A DNA stretch of 64,000 bases from an uncultured Thermoplasmata archaeon (GTDB lineage: Archaea; Thermoplasmatota; Thermoplasmata; Lutacidiplasmatales; UBA184): contig CAVQKI010000007.1 in the NCBI GenBank assembly GCA_963713145.1, forward strand, positions 40,435 to 104,434, in the 5' to 3' direction. Shown here piece by piece: positions 1 through 10,532 of this stretch; position 1 is the stretch's first letter; the number at the start of each line of letters is the position of its first letter. Position numbers and translations under genes: made by a program. The notes under the pieces were generated by a model that saw only the letters and a program-made list of their open reading frames with translations, did not search any database and was not told where the DNA came from.

Positions 1-1
1 C

Positions 2-139
2 ATCGTGGATGTGCCGATCTCGGAGACCATGCCCGCTCTCGAGGAGGACCCGCTGATCGCTCCGGTCGGGCGGCCGCGCAGCCGGGGCCAGACGCTCCTG
101 ACGAACTTCGACAACCCCAACCGGACCGGGCCGCTCTAG
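2..139 (+). CDS. 3' end of an unknown protein running in from the left edge, with a C-terminal PIP-box-like motif
   Basis: Open frame ...PALEEDPLIAPVGRPRSRGQTLLTNFDNPNRTGPL, TAG at 137-139; GC3-rich codons. Confidence 0.55.
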   Translation: MVDVPISETMPALEEDPLIAPVGRPRSRGQTLLTNFDNPNRTGPL

Positions 140-157
140 GACGCGTCGCCGGTCCCT

Positions 158-364
158 TCAGGTCGTCGGGGCCTCGACGGTCTCTTGGACGAGGTGCTCT
201 TCGGCCTCGACGCTGCGACGGGCCTTCTCCCGCTTCAGCTCGCGGAGGTCCTTCTCGAGGTCCCGGAGCTCGCGCGCCGCGCGGTTGATACGAACTCGCA
301 CGATCTGCTCGATGGCGGAGATCTCGCGCTCGATCTGCTCGTCCGACCCTCGGAACGGCGTCAT
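158..364 (-). CDS. Small coiled-coil hypothetical protein (68 aa)
   Basis: E/R-rich heptad pattern; start overlaps the ALDH stop (ATGA, 361-364). Confidence 0.6.
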   Translation of the reverse strand: MTPFRGSDEQIEREISAIEQIVRVRINRAARELRDLEKDLRELKREKARRSVEAEEHLVQETVEAPTT

Positions 365-1848
365 GGCGACGACTCGGTGTCGATCTGGGCCTTCTGGAGC
401 TTCGACGAGAAGTCCACGAAAACGGTCTTAATCTCGGTGAACTCCTCGATGGCGACGCTCCCCGCTTCCCGGCCGCCGTTCCCGGTGTTCTTCACGCCGC
501 CGAAGGGGAGCTGGACCTCGGCCCCGATGGTCGGGGCGTTGATGTAGGTGATGCCGGCCTCGAGGTCGTGGATCGCTCGGAAGGCCCGGTTCACGTCCCG
601 CGTGTAGATGGCCGAGGAGAGGCCGTAGTCGACATCGTTCGCGACCCGGACCGCCTCCTCGTAGGTGCCGACCCGGATCACGGAAAGCACCGGCCCGAAG
701 ATCTCCTCCTTCGAGATCCGCGTCCCGTGCTTCGTCTCGAAGATCGTGGGCTCTAGGAAGTAGCCCCGGTCGTACTCCCCGCCGGTGAGCTTCTTGCCCC
801 CGCGGCGGAGCTTTGCCTCCTTCTTTCCGATCGCGATGTACTCGAGGATCTTTCGCTCCTGGTCCGCGGACGCGACCGGGCCCATGCCGGTCTTCGGGTT
901 CAGGGGGTCACCGACCGTGAACTCATCGAGCCGCTCGACCAGCATCTCGAGGAACGTCGCGTAGACCTTCTCGTGGACGATGAGCCGGCTCGTCGCCGTG
1001 CACCGCTGCCCCGACGTCCCGAACGCTCCGAACAGGACGCCCTCGAGCGCGAGCGGAAGGTCGGCGTCGTCCATCAGGATGACCGGGTTCTTTCCACCGA
1101 GCTCGAGGTGTACCATTTTCAGCCCCTCGGCGCCCAGCTGGTACACTTCCCGGCCCGTCTCGACACCGCCCGTGAACGAAACGGCCCGCACGTTGGGGTC
1201 CGACACGAGCGCGTTGCCCACGATGCTCCCCGGCCCGGTGACGAAGTTCAGCACGCCGGGAGGTACTCCAGCGGCCTCGTAGACCTTCACAACCTCGGCG
1301 CCGCAGCGGGCCGTGTTGGACGCCGGTTTCAGGACGACCGTGTTGCCCGAGATCAGCGCGGCGGCGATCTTCCAGTTCGGGATCGCGGTGGGAAAGTTCC
1401 ACGGGGTGATGCAGACGACGACCCCCTTCGGCTGCCGCACCGTCATGCAGAACTTGGAGCGCAGCTCGGAGGGGACGGTCTCGCCCGCCAGGCGGCGTCC
1501 CTCGCCGGCCATGTACTCGATGAAGTCGATCGACTCCTGGACGTCGCCGAGCCCCTCGCCGATGACCTTGCCCATCTCGGTCGTGACGAGTCGGCCCAGC
1601 TCCGCCTTTCGCTCCCGCATGATGCGAGAGGCTGTGAGGAGGATCTCGCCGCGCTTGGGCGCGGGCGTGTCACGCCAGCCGGGGAACGCCTTCTTCGCGG
1701 ACGCGACCGCCCGGACGGCGTCCTCGGCGGTACCCGACACGAACGAGCCCACGGGCTCCCGCGTGGCCGGATTCCGTGTCTCGAATCGTTTCGCCTTGGG
1801 AGGCGCGGCCCATCGACCGTCGATGAAGAGTCCGTAGCTGGCTTCCAT
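361..1848 (-). CDS. NAD(P)-dependent aldehyde dehydrogenase
   Basis: ITPWNFP, FTGG, LELGGKNP, GQRCTA catalytic Cys, EEIFGP, PFGG motifs; likely ATG at 1848. Confidence 0.95.
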   Translation of the reverse strand: MEASYGLFIDGRWAAPPKAKRFETRNPATREPVGSFVSGTAEDAVRAVASAKKAFPGWRDTPAPKRGEILLTASRIMRERKAELGRLVTTEMGKVIGEGLGDVQESIDFIEYMAGEGRRLAGETVPSELRSKFCMTVRQPKGVVVCITPWNFPTAIPNWKIAAALISGNTVVLKPASNTARCGAEVVKVYEAAGVPPGVLNFVTGPGSIVGNALVSDPNVRAVSFTGGVETGREVYQLGAEGLKMVHLELGGKNPVILMDDADLPLALEGVLFGAFGTSGQRCTATSRLIVHEKVYATFLEMLVERLDEFTVGDPLNPKTGMGPVASADQERKILEYIAIGKKEAKLRRGGKKLTGGEYDRGYFLEPTIFETKHGTRISKEEIFGPVLSVIRVGTYEEAVRVANDVDYGLSSAIYTRDVNRAFRAIHDLEAGITYINAPTIGAEVQLPFGGVKNTGNGGREAGSVAIEEFTEIKTVFVDFSSKLQKAQIDTESSP

Positions 1849-1976
1849 GGAATACCTCGGAACGCCCTCAAAGGACCGAACCCCCCACGAGGCTACATAG
1901 GCGTTTGCGGGAGACCCGGGCCCCCCAGCCGTGCGGGGCACAAAGACTTTCGAGGCCGGCTCCTAGCGCCGTCGCC

Positions 1977-3273
1977 GTGATCGACATCGAACTGCTCCGA
2001 AAGGAGCCCTCTCTGGTGGAGGAGAACCTCGGGCGGCGAAGGAATCCCGAGTACCTGCGCCTTCTCGCGGAGGCGCGGGAGAAGGACGCTGCGTGGCGGG
2101 CCTGCCTCCTCGAAGCGGACCGGCTGCGCAAGCGCCGGAACGAGCTCAGCCGGGGCATCGCCGACGCGCGGTCCAAGGGCGAGCCATCGGCCGCCCTTGA
2201 CGCGGAAGCGAAGGCGATCCCCCAGTTAGTGAAGGAGGTCGAACAGCGGGAGGGAGAGCTTCTCCTGGCCCGCGACGCCCTGGTGCGGCGCCTCCCCAAC
2301 CTCCTCGACGCCTCCGTCCCGTACGGCAAGGACGATTCCGAGAACGTCATGGTAAAGAAGTGGGGCGAACCCGCTCCGGGAGCAGCCTGGCTCAAGCCGC
2401 ACGCCGAGGCCCTGGAGGCGCTCGGCATGGCGGACTTCGACCGCGCCCGCCGGGCGAGCGGCGCCGGGTTCTACTACCTCAAGGGACCGATCGTCCTGGT
2501 CGACCTTGCCCTGCAGCGATTCGCCCTCGACCTGCTCTCGGAACGCGGGTTCACCCCCGTGAGCCCCCCGTACATGCTTCGACGAGCCCCGTACGAGGGG
2601 GTGACGGACCTCGCGGACTTCGAGAACGTGATGTACAAGATCGAGGGCGAGGACCTCTACCTCGTCGCTACGAGCGAACACCCGCTGGCGGCTCTGTACC
2701 AGGGCGAGATTCTGGACGAGGACCGTCTCCCGATACGACTCGCCGGGGTGAGCCCTTGCTTCCGCAAGGAGATCGGCGGGCACGGGGTCGACCAGAAGGG
2801 GGTGTTCCGCGTCCACCAGTTCCAGAAGGTCGAACAGTTCGTCTTCTGCCGCCCGGAGGAGTCTCCCGCAATGCACGAAGAGATCCGGGAGAACGCCGAG
2901 GAGGTTTTCCGCCGCCTCAAGGTCCCATACCGGGTCGTCAACGTCTGTACCGGTGACGTCGGGACCGTCGCGGCCGAAGAAGTACGATATCGAGGCGTGG
3001 TTCCCGCGCCAGCAGGCGTACCGCGAGGTCGTCAGCTGCTCGAACTGCACGGACTACCAGGCCCGTCGCCTGGGGATCCGCATGGGGAAGGCCGGTCGGC
3101 CCGGCAAGCTCGTGCCCCACACGCTCAACTCGACGGCCGTGGCCACCTCCCGCGCGCTCGCGGTCATCCTCGAACAGTACCAGCAGCCCGACGGGTCGGT
3201 GCAGATCCCCGAGGTCCTCCGCCCCTACCTCGGAGGTCGCGCGCTGCTAACTCCGGAAGGCACGGCGCGGTGA
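1977..3273 (+). CDS. serS: Seryl-tRNA synthetase (frameshift near 2980, probable sequencing error)
   Basis: IDIELLR N-terminal arm, [43 protein letters not shown] split over two frames. Confidence 0.95.
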
Positions 3274-5003
3274 GCAACCAGCGGGTCCTCGACGATTTCT
3301 CGAGCGACGGCCCCGTGGCGCCGCCCCGGCCCCCGCCAGCGGGACGACCCCATCCGGCCGAGCTCGTGGGCACCTGGCGGGTGGTCGACGGGATGATCGA
3401 GCACCCGTACCTCCGCCCCGGATTGCTGCGGGCGCTCCCGTTCCAGGTCGATCTGGCACGGATCGGTCTGACGGAGGACCTGCTCGTCGTCCTACCGACC
3501 GGACTCGGAAAAACGGTGATCGCCGCCCTGGTCGCAGCGGAAGTCCTTCGCCGTGGACCTGGGAAGGTGCTCGTCCTCGCCCCGACTCGGCCGCTGGTCC
3601 AGCAGCACTCCGACTCGTTCGCCCGCTGGCTCGTCCCGGTCCGGTCAGCACGGTTCACGGGCAGCGTGAAGCGCCCGATCCGGGAGGGGAGCTGGTCGGA
3701 CGCGGACCTCGTCTTCGCGACCCCCGAGATGGTCGAGAACGACCTCAAGGCGGAGCGATACACCCTCCGCGAAGTCTCGCTGGTCGTCTTCGACGAGGCC
3801 CACCATGCGGTGGGAAAGGTACGTCTACGTCCCTCTCGCACTGCGGTACCGCGAACAGCGCCCGGCGGGCGGCCGCGTCCTGGGGCTGACCGCCTCCCCC
3901 GGCGGCAAGATCGAGCACATCGAGGAGGTCGTGGGCGCCCTCGGGGTGGAGCGGATCGAGGCACGCTCGCGGGAGGACCCGGGGGTCGCGGAGTACGTCC
4001 AAGCGGTCGACGTCGAGTATGTCTGGGTCGACCTCTCTGCGAGCGCCGAACGGATCCGTGAGGGGCTCGAGGCCGCTGCGCACGCCACGGCCCGTAAGCT
4101 CCAGAAGATGGGCTACCTCCGGAAGAAGCCGATCGGTTCGCTCTCCGTCAAGGACCTCATCGCCCTGCGCGCGGAGATCTTCGCCCGCCCCGGCCCGATG
4201 GTGCGCCGGTTCGGTCCGCTCTTCCACCAGCTCGTCCTGCTGCATCTCCACCACGCCCAGGAGCGGCTCGAGACCCAGGGTCTCGAGCCGTTCGTCCAGT
4301 ACGTGGAGCGGGTCGAGGCCAAGGAGAAGAAGAGTCGCGGCGACGCCGCGTTCCTGAAGCTTCCCGAGGTCGCGGAAGGTAGGAAGATCGCGGAAGAGTC
4401 CAAACGAAACACGCTGGAAAAGTCCCACCCGAAGCTTGACGCGCTCGTCCGGGTCATTCGGGAGACCCTGGCGAAGGCATCGGACCACCCCCCTCGGGTT
4501 CTAGTCTTCGCGCAGGTACAGGGACACCATCCCGACGATCCAAGCGGCGCTCGAGGCGGAGGGATGGACCGTCGGGCGGTTCGTAGGCCAAGCTACGCGT
4601 GACAAGGGCGACCCGGGGATGAACCAGAAGGAGCAAGCGCGTATCCTGGACGGTTTCCGGGCGGGCCGGTTCCCCGTGCTGGTCGCGAGCAGCGTCGCGG
4701 AGGAGGGGCTTGACGTCCCCGATGTCGACCGGGTCGTCTTCTTCGAGTCCGTCCCCAGCGAGATACGCGCGATCCAAAGGAGGGGACGCACCGGTCGGAG
4801 CTCCTTGGGCAGCGTCACCGGTACTGCTGACCCGGGCAACGCGGGACGTCCGCTACCAGGTGGCGGAGGTCCGCCGCGAGAAGGCGATGCACCGCATCGT
4901 GCGCCGCCTTTCTTCGGAGGCCAGGGCCGCCGAAACCGGCCGAAAAACCGTTCGTCGGAAGCCTCCGGAGGGGGAGGCGGCGGCGAGCCAGGGTGGTCTA
5001 TAA
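3270..5003 (+). CDS. hef: Hef/FANCM-like SF2 DEAH helicase without an ERCC4 nuclease domain (3 frameshifts)
   Basis: [54 protein letters not shown] motifs across frames; GTGA overlap with the serS stop. Confidence 0.85.
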
Positions 5004-5083
5004 TGGTTCGCGCGGACGCGGCAAAGGGGCCTCGCCTCAACGAGGCTAAATAGCGAACTCCGGCTCCAACGCCCCAGCACCCG

Positions 5084-5197
5084 ATGGGTCCCCTCGAAGC
5101 ACTCGCGCAGAACCTGGGCTTGGCCACGCTTACGATTCTGGCCCTCGCCTTGTCGGGCTACCTCGTGTATTCCATGCTCCACCCAGAGCGCTTCTGA
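5084..5197 (+). CDS. kdpF: KdpF small subunit (37 aa; not in the ORF track)
   Basis: MGPLEALAQNLGLATLTILALALSGYLVYSMLHPERF: one TM helix ending in the KdpF-type YLVYxxLxPERF, directly upstream of kdpA. Confidence 0.85.
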   Translation: MGPLEALAQNLGLATLTILALALSGYLVYSMLHPERF

Positions 5198-5212
5198 GAC
5201 GAGCAGGACCCC

Positions 5213-6931
5213 GTGTTCGACCTGAGCTCGCTCTGGGACGTGATTGTCCTCGTCGCCTTGGTGGCCGCGCTGGCTCCGTGGTTCGGCGGCTACCTCGGCC
5301 GCATCTACATGGACCGACCCATGGCCGGCGACTCGGTTCTTGGGCCGATCGAGTCCGCCGTCTACCGGGCGCTCGGCACCTCGCCCCGAAAGTCGATGCG
5401 GGCGGGGGAGTACTTCCTGGCCCTGCTCGTCGTGAACGCACTGACGTGCGGCTTCCTGTTCTTCTTCTTCTTTCTCCAGTCCGCCCTCCCGATGGACGGG
5501 ACCGGCGCCCCGGGGATGACCTGGGACCTCGCGTTCCATTCGGCCGCGAGCTTCACGACGAACACCGATTTCACGCACTTTACCAACGAGTCGCAGCTCA
5601 GCCTGGGCTCGCTCGTGATCGCCTGGCCCGTCGCCCTGTTCGTGTCCGCGGCGACCGGCCTCTCCGTAATGGCGGCGATGGTGCGGGGCCTGGTCCGCCG
5701 TGACGGCACTATCGGCAACTTCTACGTCGACCTGGTCCGCACGATCACCCGACTCCTCCTCCCCCTCGCGATCCTCTTCGCGGTGATTCTCGTCCTCTTC
5801 GGGGTCCCGGAGACGTTCACCAACACGGTCACGGCGTACCCCCTCACCGGCGGGACCCAGACGATCTACCTCGGCCCCGTCGCCTCCTACACCTCCATCA
5901 CGCTGTTGGGGACTAACGGGGGAGGGTTCTTCTCGGCGAACGGCGCCTCTCCGCTCGCCAACCCGTCCGCGATATCGAACCTGTTCGAGGTGTTCGTGAT
6001 GATGCTGATCCCGTTCTCGACCCCGTTCGCGTTCGGACACATCGTCCGAAAGCGGGCCGAGGCGTGGCCGTACGTCGGCACGATCTTCATCGTCTTCGTG
6101 GTCGCGCTGGGCCTCTTCATCGCGTACCAGTTCGCGAGCAACCCTGCGGTCGGCTCGATCCCCGGCCTCGGACCGCAGGTCGGGGCCTACCCGGTCGGCC
6201 AGGAGACCCGGTTCGGCCTCCCCGCAGGGTCGCTGTTCCAGGTCGTCAGCGTCTACTCCAACGTGGGGGCGAACAACATGCAGATCGGAGCCCTGGCTCC
6301 GGTCAGCCAGCTCGTCCTCTTGTTCGGGATGTTCACCCAGAGCACGCCGGGCGGCGAGGGCACCGGGTTCGGGATGCTGCTCCTGTTCGCGGTGCTGGGG
6401 ATCTTCGTCGGCGGCCTGATGGTGGGCCGGACCCCGGAGTACCTGGGGAAGAAGATCGGGACCGGGCAGGTCCGCTGGTCTGCGCTCGCACTCCTCAGCC
6501 ATCCGGCGGGGATCCTCGTGCCGTTCGCGGTAGCGATACTGGGCGGGTTCGTCACGGTATCGTCGGGCTCGGTCCCCGCGACGGCCCACACGTTCACCTC
6601 GGTCCTCTACGAGTTCACGTCCGAATCCGCCAACAACGGGAGCGCCCTGGCAGCGGGCGGGTCCAGCTCGTTCACCGACACGACCCCGTTCTTCAACATC
6701 GCCGGAGCGGCGGTGATGCTGTTCGGTCGATTCGTCCCGATCTACGCTATGCTGAAGGTGGGAGGGATGTTCTCCGAGCAGGCACCCCTCCCGCCCGGCC
6801 ACGGCACGCTCCAGACGGCGAGCCTGACGTTCACCGTCTACATCACGCTCTTCCTGGTCATCGTGACCGTCCTCCTCTTCCTGCCCGTGATCGCGATGGG
6901 GCCTCTCGCGCAGATCGTAGGAGGGAGCTAG
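5213..6931 (+). CDS. kdpA: K+-transporting ATPase subunit A
   Basis: SFTTNT, LGTNGGGFF, GLMVGRTPEYLGKKI, SANNGS motifs; multi-TM. Confidence 0.96.
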   Translation: MFDLSSLWDVIVLVALVAALAPWFGGYLGRIYMDRPMAGDSVLGPIESAVYRALGTSPRKSMRAGEYFLALLVVNALTCGFLFFFFFLQSALPMDGTGAPGMTWDLAFHSAASFTTNTDFTHFTNESQLSLGSLVIAWPVALFVSAATGLSVMAAMVRGLVRRDGTIGNFYVDLVRTITRLLLPLAILFAVILVLFGVPETFTNTVTAYPLTGGTQTIYLGPVASYTSITLLGTNGGGFFSANGASPLANPSAISNLFEVFVMMLIPFSTPFAFGHIVRKRAEAWPYVGTIFIVFVVALGLFIAYQFASNPAVGSIPGLGPQVGAYPVGQETRFGLPAGSLFQVVSVYSNVGANNMQIGALAPVSQLVLLFGMFTQSTPGGEGTGFGMLLLFAVLGIFVGGLMVGRTPEYLGKKIGTGQVRWSALALLSHPAGILVPFAVAILGGFVTVSSGSVPATAHTFTSVLYEFTSESANNGSALAAGGSSSFTDTTPFFNIAGAAVMLFGRFVPIYAMLKVGGMFSEQAPLPPGHGTLQTASLTFTVYITLFLVIVTVLLFLPVIAMGPLAQIVGGS

Positions 6932-6932
6932 G

Positions 6933-9054
6933 ATGTCCGCCTCCGGAGCTCACGTCTCCGTGCGGCGCTCCCCGCACACGTCTGTCGCCCGGGTGCTCTC
7001 CGACTCGATCCGGATGTTCCACCCCCGGGCGCAGATCCGCTCCCCTGTGATGTTCTGCGTCTACGTGCTCTTCCTCTTCCTGGTCGTCCTGACCCTGGTC
7101 CCGCGGGCGTTCCCGGACATCGCCCGGACGTACGCCGCGGGCTACTACCTCTGGGTCACGATCATCCTGTTCCTCACCCTCTGGTTCGCGAACATCTCGA
7201 CATCGATCGCGGAAGCCCAGGGCCGCGCCCGGGCCGACTCGCTCCGCGAGATCCGCAGCGGGGTCCGGGCGCGCCAGGTGCTGCCCGACGGTTCGGTCCG
7301 GTGGGTGCCCTCCGACGTCCTCCGCGTGGGCGACACGATCGAGGTCCGGGCGGGGGAACCGATGCCGATGGACGGCGATGTGATCTCCGGGGCGGTCCTC
7401 ATCGACGAGTCGATGATGACCGGCGAATCCGCACCCGTGACCCGGGAGAGCGGAGGCGACCAGACGAGCGTCCTCGGTGGAACCCAGGTGGTCCAGGGAA
7501 CCGCACGGGTGCGGGTCACGGCCGCGAGCGGCGGCTCGTTCCTCGACCGGTTGATCCACCTCGTGGAAGGGGTGGGACGGGAGACGACGCCGAACGAGCT
7601 CGCCCTTATGGTTCTCCTCTCCGCCCTCACGATCTCGCTCTTCGTCATTGTCATGACGTTCGTGTACCTCGCCAACTTCACCACTATCATCGTCATCGAC
7701 CTCGCGACCATCGTCGCCCTGTTCGTCTGCCTGATGCCGACCACGATCGGCGCGCTGCTTCCCGCGATCGGGATCTCGGGGATCAACCGGACCGCCAAAG
7801 CGAACATCATCGCGAAGTCGGGGAAGGCGGTCGAAGCGGCCGGCGACCTCGACGTCCTCATTCTGGACAAGACCGGGACGATCACGGTCGGGAACCGGCT
7901 CGCGGTGAAGTTCATCACCGCCCCAGAGGTCTCCATGCAGGAACTGGTCGAAGGAGCGCTCCTATCCTCCAGCCTCGACGACACGCCCGAGGGACGTTCG
8001 ATCGTGCGGCTCGCTGCTCGCCGGAACGTCCCGACCCGCCGTCTGGAGAAGGACACGTTCCGCGTGCTCCCGTTCACCGCGGAGCGCAAGATGAGCGGCG
8101 TCACCCTGCCCGACGGCTCGGAAGCTGTACAAGGGATCGACCCAGGCGATGGAAGGGTACGGAGCCGTCCTGCCGCCACCGCTCCGGGACGAAGCGGCCG
8201 CGGCATCGAAAGAGGGGATGACACCCCTGGTCATCTCCCTCCGGAAGAAGCCTCTCGGCCTGGTCCTCCTGAAGGACGTCGTGAAGCCGGGTATCCGTGA
8301 CCGGCTCCGTGAGCTGCGGGCGATGGGCATACGGACCATCATGTGCACCGGCGACAACCGGCTCACGGCGGCCGCCATCGCCCGCGAGAGCGGGGTCGAC
8401 GACTTCGTCGCCGAGGCGAAGCCCGAGACGAAGCTCCTGCTCGTCGAGCGGGAGAAGGCTCAGGGACGGTTGGTGGCGATGTCCGGCGACGGCACGAACG
8501 ACGCTCCGGCGCTTGCCCGGGCCGACGTGGGCCTCGCGATGAACAGCGGCACCGGGGCCGCGAAGGAGGCGGGGAACATGGTCGACCTCGACAACGACCC
8601 CACCAAGCTGATCGAGCTCGTCTCGATCGGCAAGCAGCTCCTGATCACGCGCGGCGCCCTCACGACCTTCTCGATCACAAACGACGTGGCGAAGTACTTC
8701 GCCATCATCCCGGCGATCTTCATCGCCTCCGGGGCCGGCGGCCTGCCCGGGATCTCCGTGATGAATGTCCTGGGCTTGACGGACCCGCAGTACGCGGTCC
8801 TCGCCGCCCTCCTGTTCAACTGCCTCATCATTCCATGCCTCATCCCGCTCGCGTTGATCGGCGTACCGTTCCGTCCCCGGAGTGCCATCGAACTGCTGCG
8901 CCGAAACCTGGTCTACTACGGGTTCGGCGGGCTGGTGAGCGCGTTCGTCGGGATCAAGCTCTGCTACCTGTTCATCGCCTGGCTCGCCGGAGTCCCGGGC
9001 GTCTCGGCGTTGGGGGTGGCGGTCGGCCACGTGCTCCCACTCGGAGGGTTGTGA
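6933..9054 (+). CDS. kdpB: K+-transporting P-type ATPase subunit B (frameshift near 8122)
   Basis: [46 protein letters not shown]. Confidence 0.96.
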
Positions 9055-9707
9055 GCGCACCCTCCGGCCCCGGACGAGGGCAACGTCGCCTCCGCCCCGG
9101 GCGCACTCCTTCGCCGGCCACCTCCGGGCGGGGGTCGCGTTCATGGTGCTGGTCGTCATCATGGCGGGTTTCGCCTATCCGGCCGTTGTCACGGGGATCG
9201 CGAGCGTGATCGACCCGGGGGCGGCTGACGGCTCTCTCATCCACTACCCCAACGGTACCGTGGAGGGCTCCTCCGCGATCGCGCAGAACATGAGCGCGGG
9301 AACGCTCGGTCCGGACCTTTTCTGGGGACGCCCGTCGCTCACCGACTACAACACGACCCTGGGCGCCGACTCGCCGCCGGGACCCACAGACCCCGCGCTC
9401 GGGGCGCTGCTGAACGAAACGATCGCGTACATGAAGCTCTACGGCAACTTCACGGTGAACGCGACGCTCCCGTTCTGGTGGGTGGCTCCCTCGGCCTCGT
9501 CGGTCGACCCCGACGTCGTGCCCCAGGCGGTGCTGGTCCAGATCCCCCGGGTCGCCGCCAACAACAGCCTTACCGTCGGCTTCCTGATGGGCTTCGTGAA
9601 CAGCCATATCGTCCAGCCGATCCTTCCGGACGTGGGGGTGGCCTACGTGAACGTCCTCGAGCTCGACATCGCGCTCCTCGAATATACCGGGCAATCCTGC
9701 GTGGTGA
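9051..9707 (+). CDS. kdpC: K+-transporting ATPase subunit C (both ends uncertain because of indels)
   Basis: N-terminal TM ending [38 protein letters not shown]; follows kdpB. Confidence 0.85.
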
Positions 9708-9710
9708 GCC

Positions 9711-10523
9711 ATGTACCGAAAGATCCTCGTGCCCGTTCAGGAGCCTTCCGAGGTCGAACCCCTGGTCCGGTTCGCGTCGACGCTTCTCGATACCGACGGG
9801 GAGATCCGGGTCCTCCACGTGATCCCGACGACCACGCTGCCCCAGGTGACGCGGGAGTGGCGCGCCTCGGTGCACCTCGTCGTCCCCGCGCACGAGGCGG
9901 GAGCCGCGCTCGACGTCCGGGTCGACCCGGAGGTCCGGGCCGCGACGGACGTTCCGGGGGAGATCCTCGACAGCGCCGAGACGCACGGAGTGGACGCGAT
10001 CCTGCTCACGCTCCGAGGGAACCGTCGTAGCCGCAATCCGTTCGTCGGCCACACGGCGAGCGGGGTACTCCATCACGCAAGCTCGGCGGTCCTCGTCCTG
10101 AACCGGCTCGCGCTGGCGGCGGATCGCATCCCCCGCGTCCTCGTTCCGACGTTCCGTTCGGAGGCGCCCGCCGCCCGCATGAAGCTCGCCGAGGAGATCG
10201 CCCTCCGCGCGAACGGCGCGCCGGTGATCACGCTCTCCCTCGGCGTGGCCGACGCACGTCGGGGCGACGAAGCCGGCGCGGCGCAAAGTTCCCGAGGCGT
10301 GCCGATCGCGCACCGTCGATCGGTCTTCCCGGCTTCGATCCTCGGGCGACGCCACCGGTTGCCCGAGCTGATCCTCCAGGCGGCCGCACGGGAGCGGTAC
10401 GGTCTCCTTCTTGTGGGCGAGGACTCCGCGAGGACGAGCGGCCCGTTGCTCACCCGGAGGTTCCTCGAGGAGCTCTTCCGCGCCGCCCCGTGCCCGGTGC
10501 TCGCGCTGCGCGACCCGGCGTAG
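9711..10523 (+). CDS. Tandem universal stress protein (KdpQ-like position)
   Basis: MYRKILVPV, VLHV, GEILDSAETHGVDAILL, FVGHTASGVLHHA and a second repeat ending APCPVLAL; GGTGA RBS. Confidence 0.8.
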   Translation: MYRKILVPVQEPSEVEPLVRFASTLLDTDGEIRVLHVIPTTTLPQVTREWRASVHLVVPAHEAGAALDVRVDPEVRAATDVPGEILDSAETHGVDAILLTLRGNRRSRNPFVGHTASGVLHHASSAVLVLNRLALAADRIPRVLVPTFRSEAPAARMKLAEEIALRANGAPVITLSLGVADARRGDEAGAAQSSRGVPIAHRRSVFPASILGRRHRLPELILQAAARERYGLLLVGEDSARTSGPLLTRRFLEELFRAAPCPVLALRDPA

Positions 10524-10532
10524 CGGAGGACC

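Noticed and set aside
1905-4061. Apparent SerRS-helicase fusion (718 aa)
   Set aside because: Artefact of the indel near 2980; the SerRS C-terminal motifs and stop are in another frame, ending at 3273.
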